Of a stretch of 64,000 nt of DNA, positions 12,300-24,851 are shown in pieces. The position numbers and the translations under genes were made by a program. The first letter of the stretch is position 1. Each line of letters opens with the position of its first letter. The notes under the pieces are model-generated. The model was given only the letters and a program-made list of their open reading frames with translations. It ran no database searches and was not told the origin of the DNA. This DNA is from Octopus sinensis (taxonomy: Eukaryota), in the NCBI RefSeq assembly GCF_006345805.1, contig NC_043011.1:60648464-60712463 (forward strand), given 5' to 3'.

Positions 12300-12507
12300 C
12301 AGGGGTCAGCAAACTTTTTTAACCAATTACCCCCAAAGTATAATTATTTACACCACATTACTCCCTTGATCTGAATGGAAGAAAATCATAGATAACAGGG
12401 AACACGTTTTTTATATAATTTTACATATGCCTAATGTGCCCTCAGTAACCCCAAGAATTTCCTTTTTAACCCACTTAGGGTAATTTACCCTGGTTCACTG
12501 GCCCATG
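12300..12507. mobile_element. hAT-type MITE
   Basis: Perfect 8-bp TSD CTTTAGCC (12292-12299 and 12508-12515). Imperfect TIR CAGGGGTCAGCAAAC vs CATGGGCCAGTGAAC (reverse complement of the right end). Confidence 0.8.
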
Positions 12508-13079
12508 CTTTAGCCCCTCATCTCCCAGCATAAAACCCTCTTTTTCATTACTGTCTTCTAAGATCCAGGCAATTTTAGTCTTGTGACATGCATGATGACC
12601 TCACTAATGTTGGTCCTATCTAAAAAGTACCCAGTACAGTTTGTAAAGTATAGCATGCAACAGCAGCCACCATGCTAAAGCAGACATTGAAACACAGTGC
12701 GGTCCTTGAACCCATCAGGTCCCATCAATTCATCTAAACCATACCGGCATGAAATATGGATGTAGAAGGTAGTGGTGATGATGATGATGGTGTGTTTCTT
12801 TCAAAAGGTAGCGATCATGCCTTCAGGCTCTTTTAGGAAACACTATGGTTAATATTGTCATAAATGATATGTGGAAATTAAAAGACAGAAGCCAAAGAAA
12901 GAAGGATTGGCCCGAATCAGAAACATTTATACAGGAAAAGGTACCTGGCTGATTAAATTTATTTGTCAGAGAGAAAAGGTATTTGAAATTTCAAGAGTGA
13001 CCATTTGTTTCAGAAGGAAACTTTTGTTTTCAATCCACTGAAAAATTTTCTTTCCTCTCCTCCCAGATTCAACTCAATT

Positions 13080-13305
13080 TTAAATCTTTTGTGACCACAT
13101 TTCTGTTGAAATATACTGCCATTGCCTCAATTAATTTAGAAAACAATGAAGAGTTAATTGAAATAATTTTCTCATTATTAAGCTGGTGTTTTGGATAAAA
13201 ATAAACATGAAATTACAATGCAAGGTTTTAATTCAGACCTCTTTAAAGCAGGAAATTAGTATTTTAGAACCAAAGGCGCTTCTGGATGGGTGGGTATCAA
13301 AATGT
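13080..13305 (+). mobile_element. piggyBac-like (TTAA) MITE, degenerate
   Basis: Homologous to the reverse-oriented copies at 19135-19502, which end in AAAGGGTTAA. Confidence 0.55.
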
Positions 13306-13936
13306 CCCACCCACCCTCGCCCTGGCATACGAGCTCATTGAAACTCATGAACTTAAATGGAATACGTTTTCAAACTTTACAAAGAAGTCAACAAAGATAA
13401 GCCAAGAATTTTTCAAGGATATTTTTTTTAAACTGAAAATAAATGTTTTGTCTGTGGAAGTACAGGAAATATTTCTAAAGAGAAAAAGAAAAAATTACTA
13501 TCTAAACATAGCCAGGAGTGAATATTTGGTTTGTATAGATGAAAAAGAAAAAAACAAAAAACAACAAAAACTGGAGGAGTACTATAGTTTGCTACAAGAA
13601 TTGCAGAATTGACTATTAACTAAAGACAGACATAAGGTAAGATAGAAACAGCTGCTTATAAATGAGAATAAGCTGGTGTTTTCTGAGAGCGAAACATCTT
13701 AATTTGGCAACATGCTTGTGGCAGTGAAAGAGCACTGTTAGCTGAAGTGGTTTTCGTATGACGCCTTAACAACAAAATTAAAACATCATTTTAAATATTC
13801 TAGAAAAATTTAATATAATATTTATATGATTCCATAGTAATTACATTTCTAAGTATAAATGTAAAACATGGGGAAGAATAATTAAAAAATGAAATGGAAG
13901 CATTTTATCAAAAGTAAGAATAACAGGATGTAATTC

Positions 13937-14291
13937 GTGGCACTTCGGGCAAGTGTCTTCTACGAAAGCCTTGGGTTGGCCAAAGCCTTGTGAGTGGATT
14001 TGGTACACGGAAACTGAAAGAAGCCCATCATATGTGTGCGTTTGTGTGTGTTTATGTGTGTGTATGCGTGAGTGTCTTTGCATCTGTGTTTGTTCTCCAG
14101 CACCACTTGACAACTGGCGTTGGTATGTTTACATCCCCATAACTTAGCAGTTCTGCAAAAGGGACCGACAGAATAAGTACCAGGCTCTGGAAAAGGGAAA
14201 ACAAGCATTGGGATCAACACGTTCAAGTAAAATTGTTCGAGGTGGTGCTCCAGCATGGCCGTAGTCTAATGCCTGAAACAAGTAAAAGATA
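13937..14291 (+). mobile_element. SINE family A, 5'-truncated
   Basis: CORE-like block through GCCTGAAACAAGTAAAAG tail. Confidence 0.8.
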
Positions 14292-14667
14292 ATAGATGTT
14301 TTTGTTTCATTCAAAATGAGTTCCCTCTCTTTAAAGGAGCAATAACCATCAGAACATCCTTAACCCTTCTCTTTCTCTCAAATCCACTCCCACTGAGCTG
14401 AGAGGCTTATCCCTTCTTTTATTTGTATTGCAAGTTACACGGTGACCCCACAAGTGCTGGGACCATGAAGACACACCCAGTACACTTTATAAAGCAGTTG
14501 GCATTGTGAAGGGCATCTGGCTGTAGAAACCATACCAAAACCAGCATTGGAGCCAGACACAACCCTGCAGTTTGTCAGATCATGCCAAATCCTCCATCCC
14601 GAGTCAGCATAGGAACTGGACGTAAATGTTGATGTTGATGATGATGATATGCAAACCGGAACAGGTG

Positions 14668-15075
14668 CTTATAGCTGAAGCTAAGCTGGAGTCTTCTACA
14701 ATAGAAACACTTCAATTTGCTAATAATCATGAAAATATTTATGAGGACCAAAACAGAGAAATAAAGTGGCTTTTAAATGAATTCCACAGCAACAAGGCGA
14801 AAACAAACATTTCAAGGATCCTTGGAAAATCTAATGAAATATTTTTAAAGCTTCTATATTAAATTAGTTTATGAGAATGAAATGTTAAATATGAGAAGAA
14901 AGAATTAAGAGAAGTGGAAATTTAGGTAGAGTATGAATAAATTATTAATAAATTTCTGTGCATACAATTGCTAAACATACAAACAAACCCAGCGTTTAAA
15001 GACAGGACTCTCTGCAGAACAGATTAAAGAACAACTTGAGTAGTTTCGCCTGGTCATTGTCAGTTTATCAGGAAT
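14668..15075 (-). repeat. Degenerate local repeat (possible old Penelope-like LTR); other copies about 13645-13830, 16580-16855, 19538-19800
   Basis: Shared blocks AAGCTGGTGTT, GAAGTGGTTTT..TGA.ATTC..AGCAAC, ATTTCAAGG and TTTATGAGAA. Decayed hammerhead-like cores at 15044-15071 and 16824-16850. Confidence 0.5.
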
Positions 15076-15299
15076 GTTTAGTTCACATGTACTAGGGAGA
15101 GAGGGGGTGGGTGGAGAAAGGGAGATATATGGGAGAGGGAGAGAGAGAAGGAGAGAGAGATGGCTTACAAATACATACGATAGTCAACAGGTACTGCTGT
15201 CACTCTTATACAGATCAGTACAGGTATTTTCATGTGAGACAGACCCCAGTGTCATGACAGTGCCTCTCAACAACTCTATCAGGAATAAAGGGCTGGAAG

Positions 15300-15496
15300 A
15301 GGGAAGACAAAAAGGATGGCAGATACGGCTTGGCACCAGTGACATCGCAACTCATTTCTACAGCTGAGTGAACTGGAGTTGTGTGAGAAATGTAAAATGT
15401 CTTGCTGAAGAACACAACAAGCAGCCCAGTCTGGGATTGAACTCACTACCTGTGTGAGCCCAATGCTATAACAACTGAGCCATGTGCCTTCACACA
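15300..15496 (-). mobile_element. SINE family D variant
   Basis: Matches 54577-54917; tRNA-like head GTGAAGGCACATGGCTCAG on the minus strand. Confidence 0.8.
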
Positions 15497-15509
15497 TAAT
15501 ATATATATA

Positions 15510-15740
15510 CCTATTTCTTTACTGCCCACAAGGGGATAAACACAGAGGGGACAAACAAGGACAGACAAATAGATTAAGTCGATTACATCGACCCCAGTGC
15601 GTAACTGGTACTTAATTTATCGACCCCGAAAGGATGAAAGGCAAAGTCGACCTCAGCGGAATTTGAACTCAGAACATAACGGCAGACGATATACGGCTAT
15701 GCATTTCACCCAGTGTGCTAACGTTTCTGCCAGTTCGACT
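15510..15740 (-). mobile_element. SINE family B (tRNA-derived, Meta-domain-like)
   Basis: Minus strand: GGCAGAAACGTTAGCAC head, TTCTGAGTTCAAATTCC B-box, GAGGTCGACTTTGCCTTTCATCCTTTCGGGGTCGATAAATTAAGTACCAG Meta-like core, GTAAAGAAATAGG end. More than 15 copies in the window. Confidence 0.85.
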
Positions 15741-16075
15741 ATATATATATATATATATATACACCATAGACTATCTTGTCTTTAGACGGCATATGAGGGT
15801 TTGGAAAATTGTTGCCAAACAAGCAAACAGATGATTTGTTTACAGTGATCAGATGCTTGTGTTCACATAAGCTCATTCTCTTTCCATCAAATCAATGTTA
15901 CCTGTACAGGTGCACCATGTGCCACATATTGGATGACGAAATAATCGCAAAGCAATGTGCAATAAAGTGCTTTCCTCAAGAACACAACCACAATGCAAGT
16001 CCTGATCTGGGAATCGAACCCAAGAGCTCACAACTGTGAGTGCAACACCCTAACCACTAAGCCATATACTATATA

Positions 16076-16122
<47 letters not shown>

Positions 16123-17328
16123 GTAACATATGTATGTATCATCATCATTTAATGTCTGCTTGCCGTGATGGCATGGGTTTGACAGTTTGGCTGAGGAGTG
16201 ATCTGGTATGGTTTCTATACCTGGAAGCCCTTTCTAATGCCAACCACTCCGAGAGTGTAGTGGGTGCTTTTTACATGGCTCCGGCATGGGGATATATATA
16301 TATATTTATATAAATATATATATACACATACATATTTATAGTCATTTAGCACAAAGTATATGTAGGTAAGTGCATGAATACATATATATATTTATCTGTA
16401 AGTGTGAGTGTGTGTGTGTGTATAGTGAGAAACAGAGAGAGAGAGAGAGAGAGAGGGAGGGAGAAAGAGAGAGAGAGAGGGAGAGAGAGAGATGTATGTA
16501 ATGTCAACTTTACATTAATGGTTTCTTTAATGGTGTCTCATCAATCTAAAACTCTCACCACTTGCCCAGGGCCCACACATTGATGTGGCTTTCATGAAAA
16601 TTCTTGGCAACAAAACAAAACAGACATTTCAAGGCGTCGTGAAATTCTAACATAATATTTTAAAAGATTCTATATAAAGTTTATTTATGAGAAGAAACTG
16701 CGAAACAAGAGAAAGCTTTATATATGATATGAATAAATTAAGAATAAATTTACATATATTTAAAAAACTACACGAATAGAGCCAGAGATAAACAACAGGA
16801 TCCTCTTAATACAATTCAACTGGTTTCAGCTGGTCAATGCAGCTCTTTTATAGCCCTAGTGATGGAGGTGAGGCAAACAGACACACACAAACACATACAT
16901 ATATGTATACACACACACACAGACATGTACACACACCCTTACATACTGTCCCCCCACCATCGCTTGACAACCAATGGTGGTGTGTTTACATCCCTGTAAC
17001 TTAGCAGTTTGGCAAAAGAGACCGATAGAATAAGTACTAGGTTTCCAAAGAATAAGTCCTGGGGTCGATTTGATCAACTAAAGGCGGTGCTCCAGCATGG
17101 CCGCAGTCAAATGACTGAAACAAGTAAAAGAGAAAGAGAAAAGAAAAGAGAATACGATGGGCTTCTTTCAGTTTCTGTCAACCAGATCTACCCACAAGGC
17201 TTCAATTGGCCCGAGGCTATAATAGAAGACACTTGCCAAAGATGCCATGCAGTGGGACTGAACCCGGAACCATGTGATTGGGAAGCAAGCTTCTAATCAC
17301 ACAGCCACACCCTACATCTATTTTTGTC

Positions 17329-17649
17329 TTAATGCACACAGTATAAAGAAACAAGTTACTAATAGTTTCTTACTTGGAAACACAGGTCTGAGCAGGTTTT
17401 TATAACACACCTTGTGTCTCCAAGCAATCTTCGGGTTCTGAGCACATGGTCTATTCAATTTACAAACCAGGAAACAAGTACAAGAGTAATCACAAGAAAA
17501 TAACAAGAAGGTAGATGCAAAAAGTGGCAAGGGATTTTTCTACATGATTTCTCTTGCACCAGAGTCCTGATTTGCAGATTGAAAAAAACCATGTGCTCAG
17601 AGCCTGAAGACTGCATTTGTAGCTCTTATATTTATATAGTGTTCATTAA
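17329..17649. mobile_element. Degenerate fold-back/MITE
   Basis: Outer IR TTAATGCACACAGTATAAA vs TTAATGAACACTATATAAA. Inner ~70-bp arms (17424-17491 / 17544-17614) share TCTGAGCACATGGT. Confidence 0.55.
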
Positions 17650-18227
17650 ATGATATTACACTCTCACTAAATAAAATAATTTATTTCTTTTTGTTTATCT
17701 CCCCTTAACAGTGCTCCAGCATGGCTGTAGTCAAATGACTGAAACAAGTAAAAGAGTAAAAGAACAAAAGAATATGTATAAAAATACAGATTTGTGTGTG
17801 TGTGTGTGTGTTTGCTCCCTATCACTTGACAACCAGTGTGTGTTTGTCTTCCTATCACTTGACAACCAGTGTTGGTTTGTTTATGTCCCTATAACCTAGC
17901 AGTTCAGCAAAAGAGACTGATAGAATAAGTAGCAGACTTAGAAAGAAAAAAAATCCTGGAGTTTAACTAAACCCGTCAAGGTAGTGCCCCAGCATGGTCT
18001 CAGTCCACTGATGGAAGCAAGATAAAGACATAAGCCATCTCAAGGGTTGAAGCTAATAAATAATAAAGACGGTTTCTTATCGAGACACAAGGCCAGCAAT
18101 TTTGAGAGGAGGGAGTTGGGCAATAACACCCGACTACAGCACTTGACAAGTCCTTTATTCCATTGACCCCAAAGGGAAAAACAAGCAAAATTGATCTCTG
18201 GGGGATTTGAACTCGGAACATAATATA

Positions 18228-18389
18228 GGCGCAGGAGTGGCTGTGTGGTAAGTAGCTTGCTAACCAATGACATGGTTCCGGGTTCAGTCCCACTGTGTGG
18301 CATCTTGGGCAAGTGTCTTCAACTATAGCCTCAGGCCAACCAAAGCCTTTTGAGTGGATTTGGTAGACAGAAACTGAAAGAAGCTTGTC

Positions 18390-18449
<60 letters not shown>

Positions 18450-18645
18450 ATATGTTTGTTCCCCTAGCATTGCTTGACAACTGATGCTGGTGTGTTTATG
18501 TCTCCGTCACTTCGTGATCCAGCAAAAGTGACCAATCGAATAAGTACTAGGCTTACAAAGAATAAGTCCCGGGGTCGATTTGCTCAACTAAAGGCAGTGC
18601 TCCAGCTTGGCTGCAGTCAAATGACTGAAACAAGTAACAGAGCAA
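18228..18645 (+). mobile_element. SINE family A, full length
   Basis: GGCGCAGGAGTGGCTGTGTGGTAAG head through AATGACTGAAACAAGTAA tail. Confidence 0.9.
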
Positions 18646-18674
18646 AGATGGAACAATGATTTTCTTTTTGATCC

Positions 18675-18816
18675 TGTGGTAAGAAGCTTGCTTTCCAACC
18701 ACATGGTTCTGGGTTCAATCCCACTCTGTGGCACCTTGGGCAACTGTCTTCTACTATAGCCTTGGACTGACCAAAGCCTTGTGACTGGATTTGGTAGACA
18801 CAAACTGAAAAAAGCC

Positions 18817-18898
<82 letters not shown>

Positions 18899-19105
18899 TA
18901 CATTTGTGTCTGAGTTTGTCTCTCCACCATTGCTTGATAACTGATGTTGGTGTGTTTACATCTTCATAACTTAGCAGTTCAGCAAAAAGGATCAATAGAA
19001 TAATTACTAGACTTTACAAAGAATAAGTCCTGGGGTCAATTTGTTCGACTAAAAGCAGTGCTCCAGCATGGCCACAGTCAAATGACTGACACAGAAATAA
19101 AAGAG
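18675..19105 (+). mobile_element. SINE family A
   Basis: Same head, core and tail; directly downstream of the previous copy. Confidence 0.85.
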
Positions 19106-19134
19106 TATATATTTTGGTTCATCCCAGATTAATT

Positions 19135-19502
19135 GCAACCCTTTATGGTGCTGCGTATTTGAGACGACCCCTGTCTCTATGATACAAACTTCCTGTTTAA
19201 AATGATTGAAATTAAAACCTTATAGGAAAAGTTCTTGCTAATTTACGTAACAAGTTTAACGACAAAGTTATTTTATTATAGTATTATTCATTAATTCAAA
19301 CAAAACGCCATGTATTTCAAGAGAAATATGAAAACAAAAGGGTTAAAATGACCTAAATTAAAACCTTCAATGAAAATTCTATGTTAGTTCACGTTCCAAA
19401 CACCAGATTAAAAAGAAAGTTATTTTACTAAATTATTATTTTAAAAATTAATTTAAACAAGAGCAGTGTGTTTCATTTGAAATATGATCGTAAAAGAGTT
19501 AA
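19135..19502 (-). mobile_element. piggyBac-like MITE plus an adjacent partial copy
   Basis: CAACCCTTT...AAAGGGTTAA (19337-19346), then a second partial unit ending AAAGAGTTAA (19502). Confidence 0.6.
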
Positions 19503-20298
19503 ACTATCTTTAATGAAGCTGAAGTTAGAAACAGATGCTTACAGCTGAAGTTAAGCTGGTGTTTCCTCCAAGATGAAAAAAAAAATACCATTTAATTCTG
19601 TAATAAGCCATAAATATATTTCTGAAGGTTAAAACAGTGTCAGCTGAAGTGGTTTTCCATATGAAATTCTTAGCAACCAATCAAAAATAAATATTTCAAG
19701 GATTCTTAAAATGCTAATATATTTTTAAAGATTGTTTATTAAATTTATTTATGAGAATGAAATGTTAGAAGCAAAAAAAAAAAACAAAAAAAAACAATAA
19801 CACAAAGTAAATATTTATAAAAACTGAACAACAATATTAATTTACAAGAATTCTGAAGAATACTTTCAGTTAGCCACCACCATCATCATCATCATCATCA
19901 TTATTATTTACAATATACATTGATTCATTGAAATATATTGTATTACTTTAAAATAAATATTAGAAACTACAAAAACACGTTTTGAACAACTTGGTAACTA
20001 AGAATCAAGCTAAACAACATGGCAGATTATTAGTTTCCAAATTATTAAACACATCTTTAAAGATGAAACAATATTTACATTTACACCAAAAGTGGTGAGA
20101 TGGCAGGATTGTTAACACACTTCACATTTTGTCCACGTTTATGTTCTGAGTTCAAATTACGCTAAGGTCAACTTTGCCTTTTATCATTCCAACTTCAATC
20201 AAATAAGCACCAGTTGAGTTACTGGGGCCGATGTAATCAATATACACCCACCCCTGAAATTGCTGGCTGTGTGCCAAAATTTGAAACCATCATCATCG

Positions 20299-20675
20299 TT
20301 ATTACCTCCAAATTAATGAAAGTGGGGGTATTGTTTTCAGTTGTGTTTGTTTGTTTGTTTGTTTGTCCATGAACAAGATATCTCAAGAACTGCTGGATGG
20401 ATTCGGATGAAACTTTTGGGGATGTGTGGCCTCATGACTGGCACAAACTGATTAGATTTTGGGATCGATCCAGCAGTGGACAAGGATTCTGGATTATTTT
20501 TACTGTTTTGTTACTTAATTCTTGAGAGCAGTCAGGTTCATTTTTAGTGTTCTCGTTTGTGAGAGCAGTCGAGTTTACTTCAGATATTCTCATTTTAAAA
20601 ATCATCTCTGGCTAATCGTTGAGAGGACGTTGGTGTTGCCTTGGCGGAGGTTTGCTCTCTCTGAGAGCTCTTGTT
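20299..20675 (+). mobile_element. Helentron/HINE (DINE-1-like) non-autonomous element
   Basis: TTATTACCTCC 5' end, (GTTT)n, 3' sub-terminal IR CTTGGCGGAGGT, short hairpin GCTCTC-TCT-GAGAGC, CTTGTT end. Confidence 0.65.
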
Positions 20676-20689
20676 ATTACTGTTATTTA

Positions 20690-20905
20690 TTTCTTTATTG
20701 CTCACAGGGGGCTAAACATAGAGTGGAAAAACAAGGACAGACAAAGGATTTAAGTCGATTACACTGACCCTAGTGCGTAACTGGTGCTTATTTAATCGAC
20801 CCCGAAAGGATGAAAGGCAAAGTTGACTTTGGCAGAATTTGAACTCAGAATGTAATGGCAGACGAAATACCGCTAAACATTTTACCCAGCATGCTAACGA
20901 CTCTG
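20690..20905 (-). mobile_element. SINE family B
   Basis: Meta-like core on the minus strand; a + strand copy follows at about 20938-21100. Confidence 0.85.
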
Positions 20906-21222
20906 CTTATTATTATTATTATTATTGTTATTATTATAAGGCAATGAGCTACCAGAATCGTTAGCATGCCATGCAAAATGCTTAGCAGTTCTGAGTTCAA
21001 ATTCCACTGAAGTCAACTTTGCCTTTCATCCTTTCAAGGTCAATGAAGCAAGTACCAGTTGCATACTTGGGTCGATTTAGTTGACTTAGTCCCTCCCTCA
21101 TAACCGTTGGCTTTCTGCCACAATGTGAAACCAATATTCACATTTCAACTGGTTTCATCTCCAATCATCATCAAGTGATTCACATATTTGCTTCTTTTAA
21201 TGGACTTATTCATATGGTTCTT

Positions 21223-21750
21223 TTAAACCATTTAGCATTCAGAATATTCTGTCAAATGTAATACTTATTTATTACTCTGTGCATGTAAGCAAAAGCAGGG
21301 TATTGTAGTCGCTCACCTTTGTCTGTGTTTTTGCAAAATTACTGGAAAATGGTAGAATAGACTTTCACCAAATTTTGCAGAAATACTCGCTGGGTGAGTG
21401 GCTCAAACTCATTAAATTTTGGTTTGATTATCTTCAAAACTGGTGGATGGGTGAATCAAAATGTTTTTTCTTTGATGTCATTTGGTTAAAATATGAATTT
21501 GTCTGAGAATATATTTATTAGATTCAATTTTATTTTATCCTTGTGTGCGCACAGGATATGCATTGCCTCTCTGATACCTTTTTGTTTCATTCCTATTGCA
21601 TTATCTTGTAGTTTCAGGACTTAGATGATGTGATTGTTTATCTCTAGAATGACATTGTAGGGTAGGTGTGAGAGGCCAGAACTGAGTTTGAACATAAAAC
21701 AAGAAGAATATTTGGACCTGGTGTGACCAAATTAAATGCAAAAGGTTTAA
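21223..21750. mobile_element. piggyBac-like MITE interrupted by a HINE-like insert
   Basis: TTAA|ACCATTTAGCATT ... AATGCAAAAGGT|TTAA termini. Confidence 0.6.
21268..21587 (+). mobile_element. Second HINE-like element (nested)
   Basis: TTATTACTCTGTGCATGTAAG 5' end; sub-terminal IR CTTGTGTGCGCACAGG near the 3' end; T-rich terminus. Confidence 0.45.
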
Positions 21751-22182
21751 TGGATTCATACAAATACTTCTTTTAATGGTTCACACAAGTAGAATGGGTG
21801 GTATCTATGACATTTGCAGGTCCTACAAGACCGGTAAGACTGATACTTGTACAAACATCAAAGGTTTAATGCTGTCTCTTGCAAATGGGTTCCATGAAAA
21901 ATGTCTGGGGTTCAGGGAGAGAAGGTATTTTTAAACAAAATTCAGTAAAACGTTTATTTTACAAACAAACAAAGATATAAAAAAATGAAGAAAAGGAATT
22001 TATCATTTTAAAAATAATAAGTTATTATATTATTATAATTAAATAAGTTCTTTCTTTATTACTTGGGAAAAACAGTCAGAGTTTCCTACAGGAATGGCCT
22101 CAAGCTATAAACCAATGTGTTAATGTTATATTTGTTTAACCCCTGTTAAATTACGTTGGTGACGATAATTTACCCCTTTGCA

Positions 22183-22435
22183 ATCATCATCATCATCATC
22201 ATCGTTTAACGTCCGTTTTCCGTGCTAGCACGGGTTGGACGGTTCAACTGGGGTCTGGGAAGCCAGGGCTGCACCAGGCTCCAGTCTGATCTGGCAGTGT
22301 TTCTACAGCTGGATGCCCTTCCTAACGCCAACCACTCCGCGAGTGTAGTGGGTGCTATTTATGTGCCACCTGCACAGGTGCCAGGGGGGGTCTGGCATCA
22401 GCCACGATCGGTTGGTGCTTTTAACGTGCCACCAA
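22183..22435 (-). mobile_element. Short retroposon family C ((GAT)n tail)
   Basis: Minus strand: GTGGTTGGCGTTAGGAAGGGCATCCAGCTGTAGAAA core and GGACGTTAAACGATGATGATG tail. About 18 copies in the window. Confidence 0.85.
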
Positions 22436-23245
22436 ATATATTTTCCTCCTACTTCTCCTGGTCCTCCTCCTCGTCATCACATGTGCATATTCTACACTGG
22501 TATGAAATGGATGGTTTGACAGGAACCAATGTGTCCAAGGACAATATATCATGCTCCAGTGTCTGTGTTGGCATGGTCTCTACTGCTGGATGCCCTTCCT
22601 AACACCATCCACTTTAGAGTCCGTACTGGATGCCTTCCCTGCAGTGAATGATGACAGTGAACTTTCCCTGAGGTGAAACGATGATGGTGAACTTACCGGA
22701 CATGAAGTGTGAGAGTAAATATATATTAAGTAAGAGGCAATGTGTATCACAAACACAGGGTAATCCTTGATATTCTCTAGATCTAGGCATGGTGGCCATT
22801 GCTGGAATGCATTTGAGCATAGATCTGTTCAATGAAGGGTGATCTGGTGCTAAACATCCACAGATAAAATACTCTTCTTCAAAGTATTTACTAATTAATA
22901 AACTAAATTTAGAAACCAAAGAAAAAATACAAATGAAAATAAATAAAAACAAAATAAATTAAATTAAATAATTTTTTTTTCGGAGAAAGACATAGTTGTG
23001 AAAGAAATTGAAATCATTTCTTTACCAAGTTTTTCTAGAAAATTTATAAACAATGTCTAATAGTATATGTTACATAAGGAATGATATAAAAATAGAAGAG
23101 AGATGGCTTTAAAAGCTTATCAGCAAAGAAAGCGATAGGCAAGTGGATGTCTCTTAACAAATGACCATGTTGTTTAGCATGTCATGAAATGGGTTGGGTT
23201 GGTTGATAGATTTATTTACACATTATATAAACTAATTAAACTATA

Positions 23246-23589
23246 GGCACAGGCGTGGCTGTGTGGCAAGTAGCTTGCTTACTGACCACATGGCTCCGGG
23301 TTCAGTCTCACTGTGTGGTACCTTGGGTGTCTTCTACTATAGCCTCAGGCCGACTAAAGCCTTGTGAGTAGATTTGGTAGAAGGAAACTGAAAGAAGCCC
23401 ATTGTATATATATGTGTGTGTGTCTGTGTTTGTCCCACAACCAATGTTGGTGTGTTTACATTCCTGTAACTTAGCAGTTCAGCAAAAGAGACCAATAGAA
23501 TAAGTACCGGGCTTACAAAGAATGCAGTGCTCCAGCATGGCTGCAGTCAAATGACTGAAACAAGTAAGAGAATAAAAGAAATAAAAGAA
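23246..23589 (+). mobile_element. SINE family A
   Basis: Full head and tail; (AAGAATAA)n end. Confidence 0.85.
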
Positions 23590-23609
23590 TATATATATAT
23601 ACACACACA

Positions 23610-23910
23610 TTGTGAAGATGTGTGCGCTAGTGGTTAGGAAATTGCACTTGTGGTTATGAGTTCATGGGGTCGATTCCTGGACAAGGTGGCATGTTGTGTT
23701 CTTCAGAAATACACTTTATTTCACGTTGCTTCAGTTCATTCAGTTGTAAATGGGACACACTCTGATGGAGTGGCTTTTTGATCAAGGGGGAACATTGGCC
23801 TGCTCACCTAAGCCAGAGGGGGTGGTGTCATTTGAAAGCTAAAACAATGCAAAGTGCATTGTGACCAGTGATGTGCAACAACATCCAACAGTCTGGACGA
23901 TACCATGATA
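23610..23910 (+). mobile_element. SINE family D
   Basis: GTGAAGATGTGTGCGCTAGTGGTTAGG head, GGGTCGATTCC B-box, ACACTTTATTTCACGTTGC core. Confidence 0.7.
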
Positions 23911-23957
23911 TGTGCGTGTGTATGTGTGTGTGTATGTGTGTGTGCGTGAGATGTGTG

Positions 23958-24819
23958 TATATAATGGGTGCAATGGGTAAATTGTTTTTATTCTATAGTT
24001 TTAATTTCATGTGTGTGCATTGTTTTTGATTTTGACAACTACACAATATAGCAGAGTCAGTTGGGTACTGTCTGTGAGAAAAACAGCACCATGACACAAT
24101 TCCCTCTACCAAAAATTTGGAAACAAACATGCTGTACTGCTTAGCATTTGTCTTGGAATCTCCAATACAAACAGATGGTGAACACATGAAACAACTGTTG
24201 GCTTGTTGTGTCCCCAAAACATGTACTGAGTGTGATAAAAATCAAACATCAAGTCAATGTCATGGTGTTTGGAGTGATCACTAGTGATGGAGACATTATG
24301 CTTGCATTCATCTTCCCACATGGCCTTAAACTCAGCATGGAGGCCTACATCAAGTGCCTGGGCAAAAGGATGGTTGCTGGAAGATCCTCTGTCTGGCAAC
24401 AGGATTCTGCTCTATGCCACACAAGCAGGAGAACCCAGTCATCGCTGTCTCAATTTCTACAACCACATCACCCCTAACATTTGGCCACCTAACTCCCCAG
24501 ACTACAACTCCCTTAATTATTATGTGTGGAGTGCAGCCGAGTGGAGAGATCAACAAAACTCCTTGTAACACTAAAGATGAACTGAAGACAAGGATTATGA
24601 CAGCATTCACCAACTTAAACAAGGAGACCGTCCAGAAGAGTTGCAGGAGATTCCAAAGTTGTCTGGAGGCTGTGGTTGAAGCTAATGGCGATTTTATTGA
24701 ATAAATTTAATCTTTAGTATTTCAAGATATTTTTTATGTAATTTTGGCAAATATATCTGTTAAAATTAGATGTCAGTGTTATTTTCATTTTTGGCCAGTT
24801 TAGACAACAATTTATTCAC

Positions 24820-24825
<6 letters not shown>
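23958..24825 (+). mobile_element. Internally deleted Tc1/mariner DD37D (maT-type) transposon, transposase pseudogene
   Basis: VMVFGVITSDG..EAYIKCL..WQQDSALCHTS..WPPNSPDYNSLNYYVW..ELKTRIMTAF..LEAVVEANGDFIE* (stop 24704) across two frameshifts. Spacing fits D37D when restored to the consensus as I recall it; the last D is now N. Imperfect TIRs around GGTAAATTG / CAATTTATTCACC. Confidence 0.85.

Positions 24826-24851
<26 letters not shown>

Noticed and set aside
13286-13612. 108-aa Lys-rich ORF
   Set aside because: Starts inside a MITE end, AT-rich, no recognisable motif or splice support.
14626-14862. 78-aa ORF overlapping the local repeat
   Set aside because: Begins in a (GAT)n retroposon tail; the frame has a stop in the 19.5-kb paralogous copy.
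21820-21833. 14-nt AG/GT-bounded micro-exon candidate
   Set aside because: Expected by chance in 64 kb; no linking exons.
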